Origin: Bacillota bacterium | Lineage (GTDB): Bacteria > Bacillota > Clostridia > Acetivibrionales > DTU013 | Assembly: GCA_023409735.1 (NCBI GenBank) | Contig: JAEYRB010000007.1 | Coordinates: 20,376 to 84,375, forward strand | Length of the DNA: 64,000 bases | Direction of reading: 5' to 3' | Shown: piece by piece, positions 9,244-18,007 of the stretch | How positions within the stretch are numbered: position 1 is the first letter of the stretch | Layout: every line of letters starts with the position of its first letter | The notes under the pieces: model-generated | The model's database searches: none | Seen by the model: the letters and a program-made list of their open reading frames with translations, nothing else | Told to the model about the DNA's origin: nothing | Position numbers and translations under genes: made by a program

Positions 9244-9452
9244 TCCTTATTTTATTATGTCTGATCTACCATGTATATTATCCTGAACTATCCTTCAGTA
9301 GAGTAGGACTAAGAACGGTTCGATACCCTATTTTCATCTGTTCTTATATGTGGCTCACGGTATGGGTGCTCCTGTGTCTTGTCTAAAGATGCCACCGAGT
9401 TTACAGCTACCCCTTCATTCTTCATCTTGCACCCTCACATTCAACTTCCCTT

Positions 9453-10661
9453 TCACCGCTGTGACTTCTCCGTCCCCCTACCCAGTGAATCCCTGTACTT
9501 CTTTGGTGCAGTGCTCATCTGCTTTATAAACTGTCTCGTCATATAGCTCTGGTCATTAAAGCCCGTCATATTGCATATGTCGGCGATACTGTAATCGGAA
9601 TACTTTAACAAATTTGCAGCCTCTGTGACCCTTTTCTTTATCTGAAACTGCTTAACGCTCAATCCTGTCTGCTTTTTAAATAGCTTAAACAGCTGGCTCT
9701 CACTAAGATGTACACTTTCAGCAAGCTCCTTTATGGGTATGACTTCGTAATAATGCTTGTTGATATAATCAATTACCGTATATACTGGACTTGTGTACTT
9801 TAGCCTATGCGCTCTTTCAACCAGTTCCATAAAGGAATTGAACATGCTTATAAAAAGCTCGGTAACCTCCTCATAGGAGCGTATCTCCTCAACGTCCTGT
9901 ATAAACGTATCACTGAGCGTATATGCACTTTCAGAATCAACACCTCCGTCTATTGCTGCCTTGGTGGTATAGCTTACAGTTACGATAAAAAGATTCTGAT
10001 ATGATCTTAACGGATTGTTCCTGCAAAGTATCCCCTCCGGCCCGTCTCCGGGAGTATAAAGCAGGTCAACGAGCCGTTTTCTGTCACCATTCTTTATTGC
10101 CTCGATCATCAGTGCATCCTTGTTAATACTGTGATGGTACCGCTGTGTCTCAACTATTTGAGCCTTTTCCTCCTCAAGCTTATCCTCAAACAGTTCGCCC
10201 GGCTTTAATAAAGACAAATCCGGTTCACTGCCGCAAAGCAAATATCTGAGCAGGGGCTCAGTACTTCTGAGAGTTGCTGACGTATGCCTGGGCAAGCTGC
10301 GAAGATATGCCTCCAGCACACTGTAATCGGCAACCCTCAGACGCTTGTCCACACCTATGGCAGCCACTTGCTTTTTGTCAGGTATCCTATCAGTAGAAGG
10401 TCCTGCAATAAGCTTATACTCATTACCGTTGTATGAAAATCTGAAGGCGTAGTAGTGACCGCTTAAATCATCAGTATAGTACATTGTTTCATGAGCCAGA
10501 TCCAGTAGCTGCCGTTCATAAGCCTCAAAGGGTATGACAGATGGCATAAGCTGAGTTGCCAGCACATGAGACATGATAAGAGAATTACCTGCGTCATAAA
10601 GGCGAAGAGGTATGTTTGTTGCAATATAAAACAGCTTAAGCTTCAGCAATAGTTCTTCCAT
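9453..10661 (-). CDS. AraC family transcriptional regulator
   Basis: C-terminal double HTH (IKELAESVHLSESQLFKLFKKQTG...IADICNMTGFNDQSYMTRQFIKQMSTAPKKYR). Divergent from the GH3 gene. Confidence 0.8.
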   Translation of the reverse strand: MEELLLKLKLFYIATNIPLRLYDAGNSLIMSHVLATQLMPSVIPFEAYERQLLDLAHETMYYTDDLSGHYYAFRFSYNGNEYKLIAGPSTDRIPDKKQVAAIGVDKRLRVADYSVLEAYLRSLPRHTSATLRSTEPLLRYLLCGSEPDLSLLKPGELFEDKLEEEKAQIVETQRYHHSINKDALMIEAIKNGDRKRLVDLLYTPGDGPEGILCRNNPLRSYQNLFIVTVSYTTKAAIDGGVDSESAYTLSDTFIQDVEEIRSYEEVTELFISMFNSFMELVERAHRLKYTSPVYTVIDYINKHYYEVIPIKELAESVHLSESQLFKLFKKQTGLSVKQFQIKKRVTEAANLLKYSDYSIADICNMTGFNDQSYMTRQFIKQMSTAPKKYRDSLGRGTEKSQR

Positions 10662-10831
10662 ACGCTCACCAAAATTACTGATTTGTTATAAAAATAACCG
10701 AATTACACAATAAGCTTATTATAGTTTTGAATATTATGCAAGTATAGACTAAATGATATCTGCACTGCAATTTAATGGCTGAGTGGTTAAATATTCTATT
10801 TTTGTAAATACTTCTTAAGAGGTGTGTATAT

Positions 10832-13072
10832 ATGAACAATATTACCGGCAAGCTTAAGCTTTTGAATGGAAAGGACTTCTGGACTACCTACGGATACAAA
10901 GAGTATGGTATAAAGGAGCTTGTTTTTTCAGACGGGCCCACAGGTCTTAGATTCCAGCCAGGAGAAAACAATCATCTCGGACTTAATGAAAGCTGCAAGG
11001 CGACCTGTTTCCCTACTCCCTCGGCATTAGCCTGCAGCTGGGATACAGGGCTCATATACGACGTAGCTTCATGTATTGCACACGAAGCGGCTGATATGGA
11101 TGTTGATGTAGTCCTAGCCCCAGGCATAAACATCAAAAGGAGCCCATTATGCGGAAGAAATTTTGAATACCTTTCCGAGGATCCATATCTCACCGGAAAG
11201 CTGGGGGCCGCGTATGTTAAAGGCCTTCAGGATAACGGCATCGGTTCATGCATAAAGCACTTCGCTGCAAACAATCAGGAAGCATACAGAATGTCTATAA
11301 ATGTACTTGCTGACAAAAGAGCTCTATTTGAAATATACCTTAAAGCGTTTAAAATGATAATAGACGAGGCAAGGCCATGGACCATCATGAGCGCCTATAA
11401 CAGGCTTCTTGGCGATTACTGTTCCGAGAACGAGTGGCTTCTTTCCGACCTTCTCAGGAACAAATGGGGGTATGACGGCCTGGTTGTTTCCGACTGGTCA
11501 GCAGTAAATGACATAGTCAAAAGCATCAATAGTGGCCTGGATCTGGAAATGCCCTCCATGGGCAGTTTGAGCCTTGGTCTGCTTGAAAAGGAGTATGCTG
11601 ACGGCAGCCTTTCGAAAGCCGCTGTTGACAGAGCTGTTGAAAACCTTAAAAGGCTTTCACAGCGCTGTACCAATAGCCGGAAAAACCATGTCAGATCAGA
11701 TTTGACAAAGCATCATCAAATAGCCCATAAGGCTGCTGCCGAATCCTTTGTGCTTTTGAAGAATGAGAAAAATGCCCTTCCTCTTAGTAAGAGTGAAAGG
11801 CTGCTCTTTGTGGGAGAGCTTATGAACAGCCCAATAATACAAGGACATGGCTCTTCAAGAGTGAATGCGGCTATAGTCGATTCCATTCCCGCAGAGCTTA
11901 CAAGCTGCGGCCTGAATTATGTATTTGAGCCGGGTTATACACTTAATAGCCCAATGGTAGACCCAGTACTTCAGGAAAGAGCCCTCGCTGCGGCAAGTAA
12001 AATAGATAAAATCATAGTCTTTGCAGGACTCTTCGACAATTCAGAAGCCGAAAGCTATGACAGAGAAAGCCTAAGACTGCCGCAGTGTCAGAACGAGCTT
12101 ATCTTCCATTTGGCTGAGCTGGGAAAGCAGCTGATAGTTGTGCTTCAAACAGGCTCAGCAGTGGAAATGCCATGGATCGATCATGTTGATTCGGTGCTGC
12201 AGATGCATCTTTCCGGACAGGGAGGCGGTAAAGCTTTGCCTGAAATATTAAGCGGAAGGAGCAATCCATGCGGAAAGCTTACTGAGTCCTATCCTCTGAA
12301 GCTATCCCACACCCCATCATATTTATTCAGCGGCAGCAGCACACAGGTGGCTTACAGTGAATCCATATTTGTGGGCTACAGATACTATGATAAAAAGGAT
12401 ATGGAGGTACTGTTCCCCTTCGGGCATGGACTGTCCTATACCAGCTTCGCCTATGACAGCTTTAAGGTGGAGGAAACAAATGACGGCATCAATATATCTG
12501 TTAGGATAACAAACACAGGCTCTTATGAAGGCAAGGAAATTGTTCAGCTTTACACCTGTCTGAACAACAAAATTGCTATACAGCCCGGAAGACAGCTCGC
12601 CGCTTTTAAGAAAGTGGCGCTGAAGCCCGGTGAAAGTACCGAGGTGCTATTTACACTTAGAAGCAACGATTTCATGTATTATGATGAGGTTCAAAAAGAC
12701 TTCGTTTACGCCACAGGAAAAAATGCCGTTGAAATGGGCCGTTCCTCCAGAAGCATAGAATTCAGGCACACAATAGAAATAAAGGAGAACAACAGGAAAT
12801 ACCCAAGGATCACTTCAGCTACTACCATTGGCGAGCTTCAAAGCATTCCACCCCTTAAGGAGCCTGTGGAAGCGTGGCTTGGTGCGTTGCTGGAACAGGC
12901 CGGGTTAAACAGCATTGAGGCTATAAATGTCAAGGAGATTGAAAAATCAACCTTTTATATGCCTTTAAGAAGTGCTGTGCAAATTTCATGTGGAGAATTT
13001 TCATTCTCTGAGCTTGACAACCTCATTGCCATCCTAAATCATATACTTGAAGAAAATGGGCTGTTATTATGA
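10832..13072 (+). CDS. Glycoside hydrolase family 3 beta-glucosidase-like enzyme
   Basis: GH3 N-domain motifs (GINIKRSPLCGRNFEY, KHFAANNQE, nucleophile region GLVVSDW), an alpha/beta sandwich domain and a C-terminal FnIII-like domain (GKEIVQLY). Confidence 0.9.
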   Translation: MNNITGKLKLLNGKDFWTTYGYKEYGIKELVFSDGPTGLRFQPGENNHLGLNESCKATCFPTPSALACSWDTGLIYDVASCIAHEAADMDVDVVLAPGINIKRSPLCGRNFEYLSEDPYLTGKLGAAYVKGLQDNGIGSCIKHFAANNQEAYRMSINVLADKRALFEIYLKAFKMIIDEARPWTIMSAYNRLLGDYCSENEWLLSDLLRNKWGYDGLVVSDWSAVNDIVKSINSGLDLEMPSMGSLSLGLLEKEYADGSLSKAAVDRAVENLKRLSQRCTNSRKNHVRSDLTKHHQIAHKAAAESFVLLKNEKNALPLSKSERLLFVGELMNSPIIQGHGSSRVNAAIVDSIPAELTSCGLNYVFEPGYTLNSPMVDPVLQERALAAASKIDKIIVFAGLFDNSEAESYDRESLRLPQCQNELIFHLAELGKQLIVVLQTGSAVEMPWIDHVDSVLQMHLSGQGGGKALPEILSGRSNPCGKLTESYPLKLSHTPSYLFSGSSTQVAYSESIFVGYRYYDKKDMEVLFPFGHGLSYTSFAYDSFKVEETNDGINISVRITNTGSYEGKEIVQLYTCLNNKIAIQPGRQLAAFKKVALKPGESTEVLFTLRSNDFMYYDEVQKDFVYATGKNAVEMGRSSRSIEFRHTIEIKENNRKYPRITSATTIGELQSIPPLKEPVEAWLGALLEQAGLNSIEAINVKEIEKSTFYMPLRSAVQISCGEFSFSELDNLIAILNHILEENGLLL

Positions 13073-13081
13073 TTGGAGCTA

Positions 13082-13108
13082 TTTAGGCAATAAATAAAAT
13101 TGCCTAAA
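13082..13108. terminator. Bidirectional hairpin between the GH3 and YeiH-like genes
   Basis: TTTAGGCAAT-aaataaa-ATTGCCTAAA, a perfect 10-bp stem. The 3' arm overlaps the stop codon of the minus-strand gene. Confidence 0.55.
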
Positions 13109-14120
13109 ATCTTCCTGTTACTATCTGAACACCTATGGATACAAAAACTACTAGAGTATCTACAATAAATCCGAGAAGCATTGGCTTAAACCCAATATTT
13201 CTGATATCCCCGAAGCTTGTTTTAAGTCCGATATCTGATAAAGCCATTACCATGCAATATTTTGAGGTTTTTGAAAGAGCAGGTATTAAAATGTTAGGTA
13301 TAATACCTGTACTACGAAGGGCTACAACAACAAGAAATAATATAATGAAGAAACGGAAAATTTTCTTGAAGTTAATAGGTGTGCGCCCATGTACAGTCTC
13401 TGATTTTGCTTCCAGCCTTTCTGTTATAACTGAGAATATTAACACGTATGGTATTATAAACAATGTTCTCGTGAGTTTTACAATAACTGCTGTATTCCCT
13501 GCAAGCTCAGAGAAAGCATAGCCTGCTGCTACAACTGATGATGTATCATTAACAGCAGTGCCCACCCACAAACCATAACCCATATTAGACATACCTAGGG
13601 CAATACCAATCCATGGAATTGCTACAACCGTAAGAATATCAAATATGTATGTTGAGGAAATCGCATATGCTACATCTTCATCCTTTGCTTTGATAACAGA
13701 TCCAACAGCAGCTACAGCGGAACCACCACATATTGCTGTACTGACTGCTAATAGATTAGTAAGCTTCCAGTTCATTCCGAACATTTTGCCTATTAAGTTT
13801 CCCGCGCCAAATGCGGTTACCATAGTAAAGATCATCACAAAAAGTGAGTATTTCCCTACATTTAACACTTCAAAAAAATTCATATTGATACCCATAAGTA
13901 TGATACCAATACGAAGAACAATCTTTCCTGTGTAGCTTACTCCTGCATTAAATTGCTTATATCTATTTAAAACAGGATTCAATGCCATTCCAACAAGAAG
14001 AGCCATAACAGTTGCCCCTATAATATCGCCCGGAATAAGACTACTTAGAAGAATTGCAATAATTCCAACACAGGCACTAAGCAGCAACCCGGGTGCTATG
14101 TTGAATAATTTTTTTAACAC
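13104..14120 (-). CDS. YeiH/UPF0324 family putative sulfate-exporter-type membrane protein
   Basis: About 10 predicted TM helices with the family-like pattern (LLSACVGIIAILL..., GGSAVAAV, GTAVNDTSSVVAAG). GTG start with GGAGG 6 nt upstream. Confidence 0.75.
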   Translation of the reverse strand: MLKKLFNIAPGLLLSACVGIIAILLSSLIPGDIIGATVMALLVGMALNPVLNRYKQFNAGVSYTGKIVLRIGIILMGINMNFFEVLNVGKYSLFVMIFTMVTAFGAGNLIGKMFGMNWKLTNLLAVSTAICGGSAVAAVGSVIKAKDEDVAYAISSTYIFDILTVVAIPWIGIALGMSNMGYGLWVGTAVNDTSSVVAAGYAFSELAGNTAVIVKLTRTLFIIPYVLIFSVITERLEAKSETVHGRTPINFKKIFRFFIILFLVVVALRSTGIIPNILIPALSKTSKYCMVMALSDIGLKTSFGDIRNIGFKPMLLGFIVDTLVVFVSIGVQIVTGRF

Positions 14121-14134
14121 AATATACCTCCAAA

Positions 14135-14464
14135 GATCTTATTCTGCGCGAACCGGGCAGTGGAACCCGTGATATTCTAGTACAAGCATTGTACAATCAA
14201 AATCTTAGTATTAACGACTTTAAAAGAAAGATTGAAATTGGTAATATGAACGCTATTAAAGAATTGTGTCATCAAAATATTGGTATTACTTTTATGTACA
14301 AGGAAGCTGTAAAAAAAGAGCTATCTCAAGGATACCTTAAAGAAATTCCAATACGAAATTTCAACATTAGTCATCCCTTTAGTTTTGTTTTTTTAAAAAA
14401 TTCTCCTGACAAATCTCAAATAGAACACTGGTTTGAAAGAATAATCCATTTGAGGAATAGTTAA
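14135..14464 (+). pseudogene. LysR-family regulator remnant (only the C-terminal ~110 aa of the effector-binding domain)
   Basis: The in-frame translation starts with DLILREPGSGTRDIL..., the conserved mid-domain LysR substrate-domain motif, and runs to the stop at 14464. The HTH and first subdomain are absent. The fragment begins about 15 nt from the YeiH-like start codon. Confidence 0.7.
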
Positions 14465-14652
14465 CGCTTGCCTTATACACATACCGGGGCTAGAGCCAAG
14501 CTGAAAGATTTACTTTTTGTTCCTACCTTGAAGCTCAGTGTTCTCAACGCTTTCACAGTCTCACTTTTTTCGTTTGAGCAGAGCAGTGGGAATTCCACTG
14601 CCCCCTCATCAAACCGCGCAATGGTTTTCCCGTATACGGCTTTTCGTTAACT

Positions 14653-14919
14653 TTACTTAAATGAGTCAAAAAATTCCTTTAAACCCTCTTTCGATTCACT
14701 ACTTAAATTATGCCACCTAATTCCTTGAACCGCTCCCTCAAGCCCATAAAGAGAATTTAAGCAGGCATCTCCATAATGCAATTTCAGCATAATAAAAGCT
14801 TCTCTACTTCCGATTTTCTTTAATGCTTCAGTGTCATTAATACCTATCGCACTAAGCCGTTTTTCCATTATCTTGCCTATATTAGGCAATTCACTTAAAC
14901 TTCCCACATTACACCTCAT
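14653..14919 (-). CDS. TfoX C-terminal domain protein
   Basis: LSELPNIGKIMEKRL..IGI.....LKKIGSREAF..LK........CLN.LY.LEGA..G..W..L matches the HhH-type TfoX_C pattern. The start is assigned to Met17 (ATG 14919), which overlaps the upstream stop by 11 nt. Confidence 0.65.
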   Translation of the reverse strand: MRCNVGSLSELPNIGKIMEKRLSAIGINDTEALKKIGSREAFIMLKLHYGDACLNSLYGLEGAVQGIRWHNLSSESKEGLKEFFDSFK

Positions 14920-15226
14920 CAAAAGCAGCCAAAGCGATTGGTAAGGATTTGACCACCTTATTCCCAACTGCCGGAAGGCCTAGTAGTATAGCACTTTTAA
15001 TTTCATCCCTTCTGGCACCTAACTTTTTTGCATTTTTTACATGAAAATGCAACCCACTTTCAAGTCCAACTGCTGCCATAACTGCAATATACGCAATTTC
15101 TTCTGTTTTCTTATCTAGGCTACTCGCTGCATCAAGTTTTTGGACAGCCTCCATCCATGCTTTTGAATATTCCGGAGCTTCATTTAAGAAAACCTGAAAT
15201 GAGTTGCTTACAATAATGTTATCCAT
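14909..15226 (-). CDS. Carboxymuconolactone decarboxylase (AhpD-like) family protein
   Basis: A small (~105 aa) helical protein carrying EEIAYIAVMAAVGLESGLHFHVKNAKKLGARRDEI, typical of the CMD family. Confidence 0.75.
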   Translation of the reverse strand: MDNIIVSNSFQVFLNEAPEYSKAWMEAVQKLDAASSLDKKTEEIAYIAVMAAVGLESGLHFHVKNAKKLGARRDEIKSAILLGLPAVGNKVVKSLPIALAAFDEV

Positions 15227-15253
15227 AATAATAAACCTCCATTATAGGAATAC

Positions 15254-15493
15254 CTAGCATTTCTTCCATGCAGGCAACTTTGCCATTATACCCTTGGCTG
15301 CACTTCTTGCCGCACCCTCATCTAAACCTTGAGTTCTGATAATAAATCCTGTCATATCCTTAAGTTTTTCTTCATAGTTTTGCATTGAACCGTCCGATCT
15401 CGTACAGTATTTACAGTAATCCTTACTTTCATCTTCCAAAGCAAAATCCTCTTTAGTTTTCATAGGCATTCCACATGCAATACATGTTTTCAA
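15254..15493 (-). CDS. Putative zinc-ribbon domain protein
   Basis: CIACGMP...DYCKYC Cys4 arrangement at the N-terminus, with a short helical tail. Confidence 0.6.
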   Translation of the reverse strand: MKTCIACGMPMKTKEDFALEDESKDYCKYCTRSDGSMQNYEEKLKDMTGFIIRTQGLDEGAARSAAKGIMAKLPAWKKC

Positions 15494-15494
15494 A

Positions 15495-16130
15495 TTAATT
15501 CACCTCCTTCTCTCTGATAGAAATCAAATTCATATAATGATTGATCAATTGCTGCCCATATCTTGAAATAACAGATTCTCCTGGTGCAAATATGTCTCTG
15601 TTCATTAAGTAATAATTTATAAGTCCAATCCAAGTATTAAACATAAGGCTTAACGGCATTCTCATTATTCTCGATTCACTCATTTCACGTTCAGCTACTC
15701 GAATAAGGTGAAATGATATTGCAGATTGAATTCCTATCAGCGTATTACGAGCACTTTCCGGAAGTAAAGGAGCTTCGGATATTAATCTTGAATAAAATAA
15801 TTCATTTTCTTGTATGCCTTTTAAATGTGCTATAAGGAGCCCTTCCAATTCACAATTATCTTCTACTGATTCATGTAATTTTCTTGTAACTCGCAACCCG
15901 AATTCTTCAATAGTTGCTTCCAATAAAGCCTCTCTTGTTGGGAAATGCGCAAATATGCTTCCGTGTGATAGATTTGCCGAAGTGGCAATTTCAGAAGTTC
16001 TTGTTGATAGCAGGCCATCTTTTGCAAACTGATTTAACGCTATGTCAATTATTAATTTCCTTGTCTTGGCTTTTTGTTCTTGTCGCTTTTTCAACTTTAT
16101 TGACTCCTTGCTCATTGAGTTTGTACTCAT
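15495..16130 (-). CDS. TetR/AcrR family transcriptional regulator
   Basis: N-terminal HTH (IIDIALNQFAKDGLLSTRTSEIATSANLSHGSIFAHFPTREALL). First gene of a tightly packed four-gene operon (15495-16130, 15254-15493, 14909-15226, 14653-14919). Confidence 0.85.
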   Translation of the reverse strand: MSTNSMSKESIKLKKRQEQKAKTRKLIIDIALNQFAKDGLLSTRTSEIATSANLSHGSIFAHFPTREALLEATIEEFGLRVTRKLHESVEDNCELEGLLIAHLKGIQENELFYSRLISEAPLLPESARNTLIGIQSAISFHLIRVAEREMSESRIMRMPLSLMFNTWIGLINYYLMNRDIFAPGESVISRYGQQLINHYMNLISIREKEVN

Positions 16131-16440
16131 TATAATTCAAGATAATTTTATTGTCAAAAATATTTTTTTACAAAGACAAAACGCCAACAATAAAAAGTCA
16201 CTCAATCCCCCTTGATAGTTTTTGTATATCCTCTTTACTACCATTTGATATTTCTTATCTATGCGAAAATTTTTCTCAAAAGGATTTTGAAGACGGGATA
16301 GTCCATATTCAATATAAAAAATTGCATCAGACAGTCTGTACTGTTGACACGAAAACTACTCTTGTCCTCATAATAGCTCGCGATACTGAATAAACATAAT
16401 CATACCAATATAGTATGGCAAGTTTATGGAGGTATCGGTT

Positions 16441-17877
16441 ATGGAGCAACTGGAATATTGGATTTGGCTGCTGAAGTTCTGTACAAAAGTGCTGCCGGAA
16501 ATGAAAAGACAGTCTGAAGAGACATTTAAAGAAAAAAACGTGATCATGCCGGATTCAAAGCTCCGTCTAAGAAAAGATGTAAAAGCACAAGCTCTCCCTC
16601 CTGACACACGCAGGCCCTCAAAGCTCCGCCTGAGAAGACAAAATGAAAACGCACCGATCTCTGTCTCTGATACAGGAGACACCGGACGAAATGAAGAAAC
16701 AGAAACCTCGGAGCCTGACACATCTACACACTCAAAAAGAAACCACGGGCAAAATGAAAAAGAACATAGCTCCAAGCCTGCTACACTCACCCCCTCAAAG
16801 GGGAACAGCGGGCATAATAAAAAAGCGCAAGCCCTTAAGCCTGACACATCTACACCTCTAAATAAAAGCTGCCGGCAATATGAAAAAATAAAGATCTTTA
16901 CACCAGGTACATACAGACTTGGCAGAGCATTGTGGGCATCATGTCCAGATAGCCGCAGAGAGGATTATATCACCTTTATACTTTCCTTTTGTTCTTTAAC
17001 AGAAATGCTGGAAGCCTGCTGTTCAAGTTCAGATATCCATAGTGATGGGTACAGTCGAAGACTATACAGTATATTATCCTCAGCCGTTGATCTATCTACG
17101 CCTATGAATTCCGAACAGTGGCAGTATCTTTGCAATACCGGTCTAAGAGGAGAAACTGCTGTATCACTGGCAAAGTTATGCAACCAATGCCGTTCGGGAA
17201 TGTCGATGCTTCCTTCCTATTGGGAGGCAGCTCCAAGGATTAAAAAATACCTGCAGCTATATATAGATTTTCAAACCTATAAGAATTATCCTAATCAAAT
17301 GCGCGAAGAATATCTCTCTACCTGGAGCGGCTATTATACGAAAAAATATGATGGAATATGCTGGTGGGAATTCTGTGCCGCCTCAGATTCTCTTCTTGGA
17401 ATAATTGCAATGTGTTATGCAGCAGCAGACGCACATATATCAACTGAAGAGATTTCGCTCATCGACGAGGCGTGCTTTCCGTGGCTGTGTGGCTTGGAAT
17501 CATTACTGCGATCATACATAGCAAATAGAATGCCGCATAAGAATGATACATTTGATTACACTCTTTATTATGATAATCTCAAAGTATTTGAGGAAAGGCT
17601 CGTATATGTGGCTTCTAAAGCAGAAGCTTCATTTTCTAAGCTGAAAGATAAGAATTATTTCAGCTTTATTTTGAAGGCCATGACAGGCTTATATTTATCC
17701 GATCCGCAAGCAAGCTTTGGAATGCATCATCTCTCGACCGACAGCTTCTTATCAGAATTTCCATCAGTAAAGCCTTATTATAGCATCTGCAAGCTAATGC
17801 GTCAGTTTCATTTCATAAAAGCAGATGATTCTGATACACAGTCGCCTTCCAAATATCAGGGCACATACCCATGCTGA
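16441..17877 (+). CDS. DUF2600/YtpB (tetraprenyl-beta-curcumene synthase)-like protein, degenerate, with an N-proximal 21-aa repeat insertion
   Basis: The C-terminal ~300 aa resemble YtpB as I remember it: WWEFCAASDSLLGIIAMCYAA versus W.EFSA.AGS.LG, and ...TGLYLSD. GGAGG lies 8 nt before the ATG at 16441. The acidic motifs appear to be replaced (see findings). Confidence 0.5.
   Translation: MEQLEYWIWLLKFCTKVLPEMKRQSEETFKEKNVIMPDSKLRLRKDVKAQALPPDTRRPSKLRLRRQNENAPISVSDTGDTGRNEETETSEPDTSTHSKRNHGQNEKEHSSKPATLTPSKGNSGHNKKAQALKPDTSTPLNKSCRQYEKIKIFTPGTYRLGRALWASCPDSRREDYITFILSFCSLTEMLEACCSSSDIHSDGYSRRLYSILSSAVDLSTPMNSEQWQYLCNTGLRGETAVSLAKLCNQCRSGMSMLPSYWEAAPRIKKYLQLYIDFQTYKNYPNQMREEYLSTWSGYYTKKYDGICWWEFCAASDSLLGIIAMCYAAADAHISTEEISLIDEACFPWLCGLESLLRSYIANRMPHKNDTFDYTLYYDNLKVFEERLVYVASKAEASFSKLKDKNYFSFILKAMTGLYLSDPQASFGMHHLSTDSFLSEFPSVKPYYSICKLMRQFHFIKADDSDTQSPSKYQGTYPC
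16555..16893 (+). repeat. Degenerate 63-nt (21-codon) tandem repeat, about 5 units, inside the YtpB-like gene
   Basis: Units start at 16555, 16618 (this one carries a 51-nt insertion), 16732 and 16795, with a partial fifth. The consensus is TCAAAG...AATGAAAA...GC...CCTGACACA.... Confidence 0.75.
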
Positions 17878-18007
17878 TGCTCCGTTACCTTTCGAATACC
17901 AGAGCATATACTTATACTGATGCCCGTTACCTTCCAAAAATCAGGGCACACACCCATGCTAATGCCCGTCACCTTCCAAATATCAGGGCACATACCCATG
18001 CTGATGC
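17842..18007. repeat. 42-43-bp tandem repeat x ~4, derived from the 3' end of spmB
   Basis: The copies lie at 17842-17880, 17881-17923, 17924-17965 and 17966-18007. Copies 1 and 4 share an identical 36-nt core, CCTTCCAAATATCAGGGCACATACCCATGCTGATGC. Copy 4 encodes the last 12 codons and the stop of spmB. Confidence 0.85.

Noticed and set aside
9303-9325. tRNA-like T-loop sequence (AACGGTTCGATACCC)
   Set aside because: The flanking bases do not form a T-stem, acceptor stem or anticodon arm on either strand. It is an isolated GGTTCGA-like match only.
14611-14642. Group II intron domain V-like string on the minus strand (AAGCCGTATACGGGAAAACCATTGCGCGGTTT), near the hairpin GCAGTGG-GAATT-CCACTGC at 14583-14601
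   Set aside because: AGC...GAAA...CGGTT spacing is suggestive. However, the helix does not pair properly beyond the basal 6 bp, and there is no intron-encoded protein, no 5' GUGYG end and no domain VI. I treat it as unexplained non-coding DNA in the 188-bp spacer 14465-14652.
16368-16847. 159-aa minus-strand ORF overlapping the 63-nt repeat array
   Set aside because: It is a mirror ORF created by the in-frame, stop-free repeats. There is no SD, it runs antisense to a gene that has an SD, and its composition simply reflects the repeat.
17842-18007. Possible CRISPR array (regular ~42-bp repeats)
   Set aside because: The repeats are directly tandem with no unique spacers, they are copies of the spmB 3' coding end, and no cas genes are present.
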